Positions 1 through 13,600 of a stretch of DNA of 64,000 nucleotides are shown here, piece by piece. A program made the position numbers and the translations under genes. This DNA is from Trichoplax sp. H2. Taxonomy: Eukaryota. The stretch's first letter is position 1, and each line of letters starts with the position of its first letter. The stretch is taken from assembly GCA_003344405.1 (NCBI GenBank), contig NOWV01000026.1, forward strand, positions 124,001 through 188,000. The letters are read 5' to 3'. A model generated the notes under the pieces. The model ran no database searches. It was not told where the DNA came from and saw nothing but the letters and a program-made list of their open reading frames with translations.

Positions 1-1142
1 CAAGGATAGTTACGATTTTTATAGAATGCACTTATTAAAGGGTGTAATATAAGACATAATTAATGCTTGGTTACGAATATTTTATGTGTATATTGTACCA
101 TATTACAAATGGAATGCGAAGACAAGCGATTGGCTGCCTTGATTACCAGTCCTTAATATCTTTTGTTTTAAAAATTACAAGCGCTATAGTAGGCGTAGCA
201 GTTAAATAATTTTATTAATACAATAATCGTTATAAATCTAGAACCACGTTTGATATTAACGAATCTAAATATGTGCCCGTGTAGCGAAATACTTTAAGAA
301 AGATTTTTACAGAAAGTCATAAATTTAGACTGTTTGAATGGAATTAATTAAAATACCACATAAATGATTTAGTAGATGAATCATAAATTAATAACTGTTG
401 TAACTAACGTCATTGTAAGCCTTTACTTACGGCTAAAAACTGTTTAACTGCTCAATAAAATTTTTTCGTAGTAGCAAATTGTATGAAACCCAACACAAGT
501 GCTATTGAATAGTATTTGAAAATTTTTTAAAAGTTCCGTAAGTTGCAATAGATTATGAAAACTTTGGAATTGTAACTGGTGTATATATAATATATACGAT
601 TTAAAAATCTTTCAATATATATTATATCACGATGGACTTAATGAACATAATATTGGCGATGCAGAATTGTTCTTAGATTCTACTTTATAGTGCTTCATAC
701 GGTATTAAGTGTATTGGTTACTGATGCTGGTTTCATGTAAAATATTTTATATTTCAATATTGTCGTTTATAGTGAATGGGTCTTTTCATATGTTACCTAT
801 CAATTTATTAATGTTAATGTCAGGTGTTATAGTTTTTTGTAGTATCAGCACAGACAAAATCTAAGTGAGGCAAATTTTATACTTTAATTTTAAATTTAAA
901 CCTAGCAATGAATAAGCATTGTAGTATGCTCTCGAACTCTTATGATAGCTAGTATTTACTACATAGCATCCAATATTTCTTATTTTAACTGCTAGAAATA
1001 CTATCAAAATGCACCGTACTATATACAGAATTAAGCTAGAAAGTACTGGAAATATGGAAATTTCTCAATTTGGTGCACAGTATAAAGGGTAAGTATCGTA
1101 TTATTTTTTATGAAATTCTTTTGATTTAATCGTACTTGATTT

Positions 1143-2114
1143 TTATCTTTGACTTTTGTTAAACCGATTTTCTATTAGTAAGATGATTATCGGATTGATG
1201 CATGAACCAAGGGTTGCAAAAATAATAACTGTTAACTTGGACCAATATGGTAATGGAGTAAAGATAGAGTGAATAGTAACCCATAAATAATAAGGAGTTT
1301 TTGTGACGAAATAGGTCAACACTATGATAATTTCAAGTTTAGCAAATTTACGCTGAGGAAGCCATCTTTTGAAGGATCCTAAAATGATAGCCACAGCTGG
1401 TCTAAATCGCATAAACTTGAAGAATATATAAGAGTAGCAAAATATAAAAAAGAGCAACGGAAGTATAAAAAAGAGAGCAATTTGTAGTCCGTAAAATCCT
1501 GTTTTAAGAGATAGAGATGGCCAGGCTTCATCGCAACCGAATTCTGTTACAGTTAAATTATCGTTTAATTTTCGAGCATTAGTTGAAAATACTAAATAGA
1601 TCAAATTGTAGAACATAACCATGATCCAGACCATAATTATCATAACTAAACTCTGAGTCCGGTAGAAGTATTCCCTTTCTTGACTCAAGTCATGAATACG
1701 TCTCGAACTAATTTGATGAAAATATTTACTGCATATGCGATATCGGTTGTAAGTTATAAAAGAAATCGCCAAAATTTCAGTTTGAAGCGAAACATTTAAT
1801 AAATAAGTATTAAATTTACACCCTATACTTCCAGATGTTCCGTAAATACTAATGAAAACTCCAATAGCCGTGTTTACCAAGATTAGCAATAGATCTGATA
1901 TAGTTAAATTAAAATAAAATAAGTCTCTTTTCCAAAATGATTTTTTCTTTAACCAAAAACTTTTGCATACTAAGAAACAACAGAAGGTTCCGTGGAAGAA
2001 AGTAAATGCATATATGAGGCAAAATATCATTATGATCATTGGATTTTTGAATATGCAACCTTCTGCATATGGTAAGGATAATCGACTACAAAATGACTGT
2101 GATATCGAATTCAT
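1143..2114 (-). CDS. Intronless rhodopsin-family (class A) GPCR, orphan
   Basis: 323-aa ORF with seven hydrophobic segments. TM2 NLTISDLL, TM3 Cys (GCKF) and NRY in place of DRY, TM4 Trp, ECL2 Cys (GCDEAW), TM5 FILPL, TM7 SCINPII. Confidence 0.9.
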   Translation of the reverse strand: MNSISQSFCSRLSLPYAEGCIFKNPMIIMIFCLIYAFTFFHGTFCCFLVCKSFWLKKKSFWKRDLFYFNLTISDLLLILVNTAIGVFISIYGTSGSIGCKFNTYLLNVSLQTEILAISFITYNRYRICSKYFHQISSRRIHDLSQEREYFYRTQSLVMIIMVWIMVMFYNLIYLVFSTNARKLNDNLTVTEFGCDEAWPSLSLKTGFYGLQIALFFILPLLFFIFCYSYIFFKFMRFRPAVAIILGSFKRWLPQRKFAKLEIIIVLTYFVTKTPYYLWVTIHSIFTPLPYWSKLTVIIFATLGSCINPIIILLIENRFNKSQR

Positions 2115-3508
2115 TGTGCATTAAATGATCTGTTAATGGTTACCAAATTCGTTGCTCGCGTGATAAACTATTTTATAAGGCCTCTATAGATAAGCCAAGG
2201 CAATTTTCCTAGTGGATGATTAAAGTTTTAAAAAGAACTGATGTTCGTCGTATTTCATTGATTGAATCCTTGCTCGTTCGAAGACAGCGCTTATTGTGCC
2301 GAAAATCTATTTTAGTATCTTCATTCTATGTTGCAAGGTTGCTAGTAAGAGCTTTATGTAACGTTAAGGATTATTATTAAATCTTAAATATCCATACGGC
2401 AAATTATCTCACTGCAAAGGGATTAATAGCATTTATCAATTGAGTAATAAAACGATACTGCATCGACCTGTTAATTAATGATTAATACCATTGCATATTT
2501 TATGTATTCTCCTTATAAAGATTAGTATATTACTACCCGCTCATTCCGTCGCAATACTTAAATTAATTATTTAATGCCATATGGCTGAATGAGAGATTAA
2601 ATCGTTACTATTTCACAAAGATTATAATTTTTGAAAGAGGATGTATAGTGTTAGTAAGAGGAATAATAGAACTCTGGCCGTACAAATAGGTTGCATTTAG
2701 TTCAGGCGCTGTTGGAGGATTTTTCAGTTTAATATGTAACATTGTAAGGTCGTATACTGTATGGCTACCGATGCAGTTGATACAGTACAAGATTTAGCAA
2801 AGATATCAGATAGAGATCTTTATTAAGGATACAAGGGGATTAGCTTGAGAGCACAATCTTTGGATTTAATGCTACAAATAATTACAATGCTAAACATACT
2901 GTACCTTACAGGACTTTCGTTATGTTATAAATTTGTAAATAATGCTGAATAATCTAACTAATACTAGTTGAAGATATAGTTAGAAAAAAGGGTTACATTG
3001 CAAGAAGACGTTCATTTGGTTTTAATTCCATACATGTTAGTATCTCATATTAAGACATGTTCACTTCAGATATGAGAAGAATAACTTTGGACTATACGAT
3101 GCTTGTATTCATTTCCACAAAATTTGGTTTATCGTGATCACTAAGATAAAGCAATCTAAAAGATCACCATTTCGATTCAAATGGACGCAAAAATCGTGTA
3201 TAGCTAAGTAGTGTAGCCCCAAAATAAGCTTAAGACTAAGATTGTACGCTAGATTGTAAGTGTCTACAGTAATAATTAGAATCATTGGGGAAGATGTTCA
3301 CAGTGAGTATTGTAGTAATTCTGTTGAGATGCTTATGTAGATTAAGATTCTGAGATAATAATAGATTGCGCTAAGTATGTTAGTGCTGTTGGATTTGTAT
3401 TATGGCACTTTAATTGGAAGCACGAACCCTTATGAATTGATAGCGCAATAGTAAATCTACTGTATTGTAGATACAGTATGATCTTACTGTATGACTTAAT
3501 TCATGATC

Positions 3509-4160
3509 TACAGTACAGTACTGTAGCACAGCGTAGTTACGTACAGTACAGTACTGTACTGTACAGTACTGTACTGTAGCTCAGCGTAGTTACGTACCGT
3601 ACTGTACTGTACTGTACTGTACAGTACAGTCAGTACAGTACAGTACAGTACAGTAAAGTATGGACTACTGGTGCATCTTGTAGTACAGTACAGTACAGTA
3701 CTGTACAAGACTATTACAAAGTCACGCGTTTATCACGCGGAATCCTTTCTTTTTAGTAATAATAATAAATAATAATTATGTAATTATTGCATTTATATAT
3801 GAATAAATAAAAAATTTTAAAGATTGTAGATTAGATTTTAATTTTAAATTTAATTTTATATAGCCAGGTTTTTTAAGCATTATCCTCTCATTTGTATTGC
3901 GGTCTAATAAAAGAATCCGCTAATACACTGCTGTGGATTGATATTTTTGTATCACATAAAATCTTGACTTTTTAAGTCAAATTCCCCTGCAAAATGTACT
4001 GTTAGGCATCATAATTCGAGATATAAAACATTATAGTAAATTGTAACAGAAAAAATCCCACCCTCTAATAAAACTGTTATTGTTCAAGGGCTGTAAGTGT
4101 AAGTACCGTACAGTGTACAGTACAGTACTGGTACTGCGCTGTACTGTACTGTACTGTACT
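3509..4160. repeat. TACAG/CTGTA mixed-orientation arrays (3509-3706, 4105-4160) between the divergent GPCR and SLC15A4 starts
   Basis: Direct reading: tacagtacagtactgtactgtacagtac... Confidence 0.9.
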
Positions 4161-4327
4161 ATCCACGCAATTCACTGCTGTACGCGCTATGCGTCATCTG
4201 AATATCTACGGTACTATACGTACACATGAGTCAATGACCATCACCTTACTTTCATACTATCACCAGAATTAGTCATTAAATTACAGTAGCGGTTGAAGAC
4301 TTGCTATCGCTGTCAAGGCAACAAGAA

Positions 4328-7300
4328 ATGTCGGAAGAAACTGTGACCGAGCAAACGCATCTCTTAAAAGATGGTGCGATACCGTACTCTGATGAGAATA
4401 AGAACAGCATCAGTGACAACGACTTTACTACTCGTTCTAGTAGCAACAATACTGTTCCGTTCAGGATCAAAGTTATCGTTTTATGCATTTTGTTAACGGA
4501 ATTATGTGAACGGCTGACCTATTATAGCGTTTCTGCTAATCTCGTACTTTTTGCAAATACCCACCTTGGTTTTACTAATCCTGAGGCTGCCTCCATAAAT
4601 TTTATCTTCACTGGTACAGGCTATGCCATACCTATAATTAGCGGATACATCGCAGATTCCTTTATTGGGCAATATAATACTATTTTCGGCAGCAGTTTAA
4701 TTTATATTGTTGGTTCTGTGGCACTGGTGTTAGTTGCAGCCCCGTATGATTTACCGTTTTCCACTAGTGCTCAATCAGCTTTTTATATAGGCGGTCTCGC
4801 ATTTATTGCAATTGGCACTGGAGGTACGATTCTGTTTGTATCATACTTATATTGCATTACTTAGCACGATAATGCCGATATGTTAAATGGTGCTGTTAAC
4901 AGACTTAATTAATTTTACACAAGTATCGCATGAGGTGCTTTAACTAGCTATCAGACAATTACAGTACATTGTCATTCTTTATCAAGAATAAATTGTTATT
5001 AACAACTGTATTAGAAAGATACAGATTAATTTTCGACCTTAGGTCATACTGTACAATGCCAAATTGAAACTGTTTTAAATGTGAAAGTTAATTATATCAT
5101 TGTAATTATGTATCATACACAGCACAGCATATGACATCATTTGGTAACATTTTTAAGGCCTATTTATTAACTATAAGTGAAGATGCTGCACTACGTTAAT
5201 TTTACCAGTGTCTGGAAGGTGATATTTCCCCGATATCATTACCTGGATTTGCAAGAATTGTTTTTGCGCTATTATTATTAAAACTATAGATTGCATAGTA
5301 GTATCCTACGGGTAGAGGATTATTACAGTTATCTGCACGGTTTTTAAAGTCATACAACGTATGAATATCTAGAACTTACGTAAGATACAACCATGACTAG
5401 CTTTGCTAAGCAACATTAGATAGAATTTTTAAAATGGGTGATTATTGAATCTTGCGAATATGACTGTAAACGTTATATTTAAACAATGTTATATCCTATT
5501 CAAAAACACTAAAAGTTATCGGTTTTTATGTGCTTACAGGAATCAAATCTAATGTTTCTCCTTTTGGTGCCGATCAATTGAAAGATTCTGGTCCTCTTCT
5601 TATTCAGCGTTTTTTTTCGTGGTTCTACTTCTTTATTAACGTAGGATCGTTGGTATCGTTTACTGCTGTCGCTTACATTCAGCAGAATGTCAGCTTCTTT
5701 TATGGATATATGATCCCTGCTATTTCTATGGCATTAGCTATCATAATATTTATTTCTGCCCGAAGTTATTATGTAGTACGCTCTCCGAGTATGTGTTCAA
5801 AAAATTAGTATCTGGTAGTAGTAGATCAACTTCATGAAAGTACTCTTTTATTTGTTGCATTGCACAGTACAATAATCATACACATGTAACTGTAGCACAG
5901 TGTAATAAATTTTGGACCTTGATTCAATATTGAATGTTGTGGTATAGACACATTGAAGTCAAATATTCTTAAACTAAATTTTTAGAGGGATCATTGTTGA
6001 TTGACGCCGTTCGTATGATGTGGCAAGGTCTCAGGGTTAAACTATGCTGTAGAGATGCTGGAGCTAGGAACGGGAGGATTACTAGCATTTTCGATTATGC
6101 AAAACAAGAAAACGGTGGAAGTTTCGAATCTAGTCAAGTTGAGAAGATAAAGCCCTTGGGACGTGTGATTCCTGTATTTATTTTAATCATTCTATACTGG
6201 ACGGTTTATTTTCAGGTAAGAATGATGATATTAATAATGAAACAGTCAATTGTTAAATTTTCTTAGATCTTGTGACTTTCATGAGATAATGGGTCTCAAA
6301 AACATTGCTTACTGTTACTGCCCTATGAAACTTAAAATATTGTAAGAAATTTTCGCATGTACTTTGGATGCTAATAGGCGTTACGTTATTTAGATAAATA
6401 TTGATATAATTGGATGCAATTTAGATACTAGAAGAATATATAGTTCGAATTATACAATCTGTTGAGATCAAAGTTTATAATGCGTTGTTGCATGGCATAA
6501 CTGTAAAATTCCTAATTCAGATGCAGACAACATGGTTTATACAAGGGGAATCCATGAACCTAAAACTGGGAAGTTTTAAGTTGCCTGCAGCAGCGTTATC
6601 TTCATTTGATACTGTCTCCGTCCTTGTCTTTATACCTATAATAAACTATGGTGTATATCCGCTCTATAAAAAAATCTTTGGTAGGTCACTTACCCAACTT
6701 CAAAGAATAGGTGAGATTTTGTCTAGTAAAAGTATGTGTACTTGAATTATTTGTCTACAAAGAGAGTTTATTAATATTTAATTAATATGCAAAAATTATG
6801 AATGTAATATTTAGGTATTGGAATGATATTTGCCTCACTAGCAATGTTAGCTGCTGGTATTTTAGAAGGATATAGATTAATAGATGTGCATGAAAATCCA
6901 TTACCCCAAGTTGTTGCTGGATCAACATTTAACGCATCTGGAAACATTAGTGTTTTGGCACAGATACCTCAGTTCGCTTTAATTGGACTTAGCGAAGTTT
7001 TTACGAGCATCACTGGTACTGCTAAATCTCACTATGTAACTGTTTCATAAATAAATTGTAAAAAAAATTCGTAAATTCATATGCCTTGCATTGTTGTTTC
7101 GTAAATTTTGAAAAAGGGTTGGAGTATGCATATTCGGAGGCTCCAGAAGAGCTTAAAGGATTGATCATGGGATTATATTTACTTACATCTGGGCTTGGAA
7201 GCTATCTTGGATCACTGATAATAGTCATTGTAAATGCTGCATCTCGTAACCCGAAAGTTCGAAATTCGGAGTGGATTCCAAAGGATATAAACAATGGACA

Positions 7301-7592
7301 TCTCGATTATTACTGTTACTTTTTGGCAGGTATGAACATATGCATAGCATAGCCGATTATGGCTATCGAATCTAGTATCGCACAGAAAAGAATTACTAAT
7401 TTATTGCGTTTCTCTTTTACCTATGCAGTTTTTATGGCTGCAAATTTTATTATCTATGTTCTCATGACAACATTCTGGTATAAAGGAGAGGGTACTGAAA
7501 GTGAAGATAATGTGAGAATCGTAACATCAGCGCATGAGCCGACAGCTCCTGATTTAGTTCATACTCATTCAAAAAATAATTATGATGTATAA
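4328..7592 (+). CDS. SLC15A4: POT/PTR2 family peptide/histidine transporter (SLC15A3/A4-like); exons 4328-4823, 5540-5788, 5986-6215, 6521-6710, 6815-7015, 7117-7329, 7429-7592
   Basis: ExxERxxYY motif (ELCERLTYY), GTGGIKSNVSPFGADQ across exons 1-2, FFSWFYFFINVGSL, QIPQFALIGLSEVF, GLEYAYSEAP, GHLDYY. All joins are GT-AG and in frame. N-terminal acidic dileucine EQTHLL. Confidence 0.93.
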
Positions 7593-9838
7593 CGGGTTAA
7601 ATGCATATTTTTGTAGTTCTTTAGCTTACTATTTTAAATTAGAAACAAATCTAGCTATAATTGCAAAGTAATATTTCGTAAATAAGTAATAAATGCGAGA
7701 GTATCATACAAAACTAATGATATTATGTTTTGCACATTATTGGCATTTATCACTGTATAAAGGCTCGAAATTGTTTTCCACATTTATGATTTTACGAAAT
7801 GTTATAACTAGTATATTTTTAAACGATAGATCATAAATAATAATTAGTGTAAGTCAGTGTACTCATGCAGATATATGCATTAAATTGTGAAAGTATTGAT
7901 ATTCTTAAGAATGGTAATGTTTAAAATTGTAAATTTTGATCCTTAAGAATCATAGATATTTCTAATTGAAACCCTGAATTTTGTATAATTCTTTAATAAG
8001 AGTATAGAAGCCTACGAAATCAGATTTATTTTTTAATTACAGAAACTACGATTAGGATGCATATGTTACATATAAATTTATATTGCACTCCTATGATAAA
8101 TTTTTCAAAATCAATTGGATGATAACAACTTATCTATCTACTAAATTATAATATAACAAAATTTTTTATCGTACTTTATATACAGTATATGAGTATATAT
8201 ATAATGACAACTAAAAGGTGGGCGACTATCTTGATGTTAGCGAGTATTTTTTTGTTCAATTTCTGTATTTTATTTTAATCTTAAGTTCTCAATATACAAG
8301 GTTTTATTGCTGTGAATAAGTAGCTGTAATGCTGTATTATGCTTGAGAGTTTTATAAATCTACCCACTGTCACAAAATTATTAATGGAGCAAAAACTACG
8401 ATGAAAAAGGTCTTAGATTTTCTAATTTATCAAAAATCATATAACTTTTTCATACTCATTAGTACCTGTTTTAAGATTCTCTCGTTACGTAAAGTGCGTT
8501 GACTAAAACAGATTCTCTTCAAAATATACACATAATTCCTGATTAAGAAATTTGGTGTTGGTAATTCTGACATCAAGCGATCGAAATGACGTGACCTTAA
8601 GCTATGTAATAGTATTTTAAATTCAGCTTCAAATCCTAGAACTTTACCGCCTGTCAGCACAACACCAGTAGATAGGATCTACATCTTAACAGTTAATAGC
8701 TATACCAAACAAATTCTTTTTAATGGATAAAAATTAACAAATAGCAAGACTTGATTGAGTTGTGTCCATTATACGTATATTTGCAACGCGCGTATATGTA
8801 GTGTGACTATAAACTGAAAGTCTAATGTATTCACTCGCAGTTAAATATTTTTCTTTCAGTAAAATCGTAGTAGTGATTCCTAAAAAATTGGGTAATTTTA
8901 TCTGAGATGTTTTGGCATCTACAATAATTTAGTTCGAGCTATTTGTCAATATGTATGTTTGTTGCTATGTAGTCCAATGGCACAGTAATTATAAATGAAA
9001 GTTGTTACAACTTGCGTAATAAATTTCCGTTACTATGTCGAGTGGTAGATTGAAGAAAGTGTTAGTTTAGGATTTAAACGTTAATTATTGCATGTATTTA
9101 AACTAAGTATAGTTAGGAGCAGGATAACAAAAAGCGTTGTAGGCAGAATGAATGATAAGTAACATAATAAATGAAGCAGATAGCCAAATTGACATTAAAG
9201 GGATTTATTACAAAGCTAAACGACTATTTTACAAGCATGCAGCGTCAGTTTTCACTCGTACTTACCAACAAATTCTATTATATTTGATACATCGCTCATA
9301 GTCGTATAGAGATTCTAATTTTAGACATTATCACATTTCTTCTAGTGCTAGTAAAACTGTTAGAAAAATAAAATGCTCGAATGATATTATTAATGGTCTT
9401 TATTAACTCATGTATTTATCACAGTAAATAATATTAACAGTTAACAGATAGAAAAATAGCTACGTTAATTGACCGATTTAGAAAATTCTCGAAAATTAAA
9501 ATTATTGCGTGTTATGGCCGCGAGGATGCTGTAACGATCTCTTAAAGGAAGTACTGACAGAGAATAAAAAATTGGCCTCATCCTTGAAAGAAAATGATCA
9601 ATATATTGCACTAAAGAACGAATTGTATCGAGCTTACAGGAATTTTTTGAGAGGCGGCAAGATTTAAGTTTCAATAGCTATTTCTATGGTTGATTTAATT
9701 AAGTATCTTGAAGTAATTAGCATTTAATTTTATTGCTCATAATCTATTAAGATGGATTCATGAAGTATGACATGGGTCCAGAATTTTTGCATTCTCTGAA
9801 CTTGTAAACATGCTTCACCAAATATAGCTTTCATACAT

Positions 9839-12800
9839 TTACACCTTTACACTGTCTGATTCTTCGATAGTACCGTAAGTTTGAGGGGTGCCAAAAATAG
9901 GAGATTGTTCAGTTCTATTAAGGCAGACCTTAAATTCAAATTTACAACTTTTAAACTCCTTGTAGAAGCTTGTGATAAAAAGCAAGAAGGTTAAAGCAAC
10001 TATCCATTCGCTTATAGTGCTGCATATATGGTTTACATAACCCTAGAAATATAATAACAATCATAGCAGTTTTAATTAATATACATTTGGATAGCAATTG
10101 AATAGCCAGAAAATGGCTTATATACTAGGATTAATTGGCATTTATACTTGCAATATCGTTTACTACAAAATTATAGTAGTATTTTAGCCTTTCGCATTTA
10201 AAATTAGTACTGTACATGTAATTACATCAACTGAGATATACAGCAACTACGACTATAATCCTTCTGGGATTAATAGTACACGCTATATCACCATACAATT
10301 GTAATAAATATAAAATATAAGTTATGTAACTCTTATTTAATTATTGAAATATTGATTTACGAAAGTAGCACTCACATACATTTAAATATCACTACGATAG
10401 TTTGAGGTGTTCTATTCTGTGTTTATAAATTACATTAGTGCGATATATTAACGCCAGTACAGTAGAATAATATCATGCACTTATGACAATGTCTACTATT
10501 TAACGACTTTAATGTAGCAAATAGAATCATAAATTTTCCTTACATCATCTCCTGGTACCCAATGCAAGTGGTTCACACCATCTGCAAATATATACGATGT
10601 TGCATAGTTTGCTAGCACTGTGGTGTGTGTTAAGGGATATAAGTATTCCTACGTATTGCAAGTAATAGTAATAGATACAGGCTAAAAATAACTAATGTAC
10701 GTAACATCTAAACTACTGTGCAATCATATTATTTCTAAAAAGATTCGAGGATAATTAGGATACTATAAATAAACGCAATTAGGGCAACGATTCCACAAAA
10801 AAAACGAAGTACGACCATTTTGCCGTTGTTGAAATTTTCTGATAATTTGCTCGTTAAATATGTTTGCATGAAAATATAAACAGTACCACCTCCGAAAGCT
10901 AACGCTGCACCTGTAAAATGCACTTGATATACTGCAGTTTCCTATCGTAAAATAGTAGTTAAATTAAAGAAACAGCAGTTTGCAAGCTTTCAGGTGGAAT
11001 AGGTAAAATTTAGTAAACATGTATTAACAACTTGTCGTGCTTGCTTATCTCTGGCTACCTGAAAAGCAGAGACCATTACCATTCCGATACTTGCCAGGAG
11101 ACCTACTAAGAATGCTAAGTCATTAACGACTTTACAGCATCCATCTCCTTTTAATGTAAGATGAACTTGTTTAAATCGAACATAAAAAACAGCTGCAGCT
11201 ATATATTAGCCAAAAAAAATGTAATTAGTACCATGCATATAACTCAAATGTTTTATTACGATATACCCATAAAGCCAGTCCAAGCTAGAAAGAAGCCGAA
11301 TACGCAGCTTTCTGGTCTTGTCGTTCCAGTGTCACTGACGTGAATACAAGACATAATAAAATATTGTAAAATGTTTATGGAAGAAAATCTTTATCACATA
11401 AAGCCTATTATAACCTTCACCTGATATAAGGCCAAAACGGATATACATGCCCAAGAGCAATGGCAACGATGTAACTGCAGAAAAAAATAATACCGCGTTA
11501 TAAAATGAAGGCATTTGATAATTAATTCAAGGCAGTTTTTAAGTGCATAATTGTAATTAATCTATGCAAAGCATAAATGGTATTGGACCCTGCCAGTTTA
11601 TGAAAAGCTCATAGAATACATAGCTGAAATTATCGTACTGAAGCATTATTATATACTACTAAACACTTCTATATGAAAAATTTTGGAAATTAATTTCGCA
11701 ACATTTAATTGTAACTGTAAAGCGTAAATGCAAGTGAAATAAATAAAATCTTTAATGCGTTCTGAGTATTTCGGTCTTCGGTACATGCGTGATTTTTTGG
11801 CAGGTACGGGTATCACTATAGTTACAGTACTGTATTAGGTTGCTATATCTAAGATAATTATTAGCCAGCGTCCTGTTTACTGTACTTCTATAACTGATCA
11901 AATCGGTGCAGTACAGTTACTACTGTAGTTCATAATTTAATAAGTTACACTACGCGTATATAGTATTTAGTATAGATGAAAATAGAATTTGGCATTTCTT
12001 TACAGCCACTATTCATTGCAGGTATCTCATTTTAAGGGCATCAAAGACATCGATCTGAGGCGATATCATTACTTTGAATATAATTTATGCTACAGTCTCA
12101 TACCGTTTAAGCTAATGCGATAGAATTTGCAAAACTATTTACAGCACACATACAATGTACGGTAAAAATAAAATATGTACATGACTGTACGTTTTGTGGT
12201 TATGAGCAAAATAATTTACTGAGATATACGCGTATTAACCCATCNNNNNNNNNNNNNNNNNNNNTAAAATATTGTAAAATGTTTATGGAAGAAAATCTCT
12301 ATCACATAAAGCCTATTATAACCTTCACCTGATATAAGGCCAAAACGGATATACATGCCCAAGAGCAATGGCAACGATGTAACTACAGAAAAAAATAATA
12401 CCGCGTTATAAAATGAAGGCATTTGATAATTCAAGGCAGTTTTTAAGTGCATAATTGTAATTAATCTATGCAAAGCATAAATGGTATTGGACCCTGCCAG
12501 TTTATAAAAAGCTCATACTGTACTTCTATAGCTGATCAAATCGGTGCAGTACAGTTACTACTGTAGTTCATAATTTAATAAGTTACACTACGCGTATATA
12601 GTATTTAGTATAGATGAAAATAGAATTTGGCATTTCTTTACAGCCACTATTCATTGCAGGTATGTCATTTTAAGGGCATCAAAGACATCGATCTGAGGCG
12701 ATATCATTACTTTGAATATAATTTATGCTACAGTCTCATACCGTTTAAGCTAATGCGATAGAATTTGCAAAACTATTTACAGCACACATACAATGTACGG

Positions 12801-13026
12801 TAAAAATAAAATATGTACATGACTGTACGTTTTGTGGTTATGAGCAAAATAATTTACTGAGATATACGCGTATTAACCCATCGACACAGTAATAATCATA
12901 ATTGTTAATTAATATATGAAATTACGAAGGAATAAATGCAGCGAAAGCTAGTATCACCACAGCCAAAGGTAACACTGCAAGCCCAAAGCCAGTTTCAGAT
13001 AAGACAGACGGTCTTTCAGCATCCAT
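9839..13026 (-). CDS. DRAM: DRAM/TMEM150 (Frag1/DRAM/Sfk1) family membrane protein; exons 13026-12926, 11474-11421 (duplicate copy 12382-12329), 11334-11267, 11198-11059, 10941-10764, 10617-10544, 10042-9839
   Basis: Spliced translation MDAERPS...LAVLPLAVVILAFAAFIPS-YIVAIALGHVYPFWPYIS-DTGTTRPESCVFG...YVRFKQV...SAFQ-ETAVYQVHFTGAALAFGGG...HWVPGDD-GYVNHICSTISEW...SFYKEF. These are hallmark DRAM motifs. Confidence 0.92.
10618..10763 (-). other. U12-type (minor spliceosome) intron in DRAM
   Basis: On the minus strand the donor is GTATCCTA (consensus RTATCCTT). Branch point TCCCTTAAC lies about 11 nt before the terminal CAG and there is no polypyrimidine tract. Confidence 0.85.
11357..12882. repeat. 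Near-identical direct duplication (about 11357-12244 and 12265-12882) flanking a 20-N assembly gap at 12245-12264; contains DRAM exon 2
   Basis: Both copies end in ...gatatacgcgtattaacccatc. They differ by a few SNPs, a small indel and a ~266-bp indel (11614-11879). Confidence 0.9.
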
Positions 13027-13334
13027 TCTCTCTGGTTAGAGAATATGAAAGTTTGGGGTTAAAAAACCTTTATTGTTCATGCACTTGTGCCGGACAATTT
13101 GGAATAAACCTTTACGGCAGAACTGGTGAAATGTAATGTAATTGTAATCTACGGTAGCATTGTATTAATATTAATGTACTGAAACCAATGTTGCTAACGG
13201 TAAACTGTAATTTGACTGTTTGCTTCTCTACTGTCTCTCTCTACAGCACTGTATCTGTTTCATAGCACAGTTACGTCATGGATCGCTACTGAGTACTGTA
13301 ATGTACTGGTCTCGATGATTACGTCACGTTTGAC

Positions 13335-13600
13335 TACTGTACAGTGTACAGTACAGTACTGTACTTGTACGTTCATACTGTACAGTACTGTACATTGAGT
13401 GTACAATGTACTGTACGTACTGTAATGCGATGGAAAAAATGTAACTAAAACTAATGTGCGAATACAGTAGTTTATACCGATATATAGCAATAAATTAAAT
13501 TTTATTCATACTTTTTACTAAAATATCTGATACGAAAATAACATTACTGTACAGTACAGTGTACAGTACTGTACATCCAAGGACTACAGTACAGTACAGT
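13335..13600. repeat. TACAG/CTGTA array upstream of DRAM, in the divergent DRAM/MAPEG-1 intergenic region
   Basis: Direct reading of the sequence. Confidence 0.85.

Noticed and set aside
11614..11879. TA-bounded indel between the duplicated DRAM segments as a MITE
   Set aside because: No terminal inverted repeats are visible, so a microhomology deletion explains it equally well.
11332..12473. ORFs MPSFYNAVLFF... (11332-11514, 12216-12473) as separate genes
   Set aside because: They are wrong-frame read-throughs of DRAM exon 2 plus intron.
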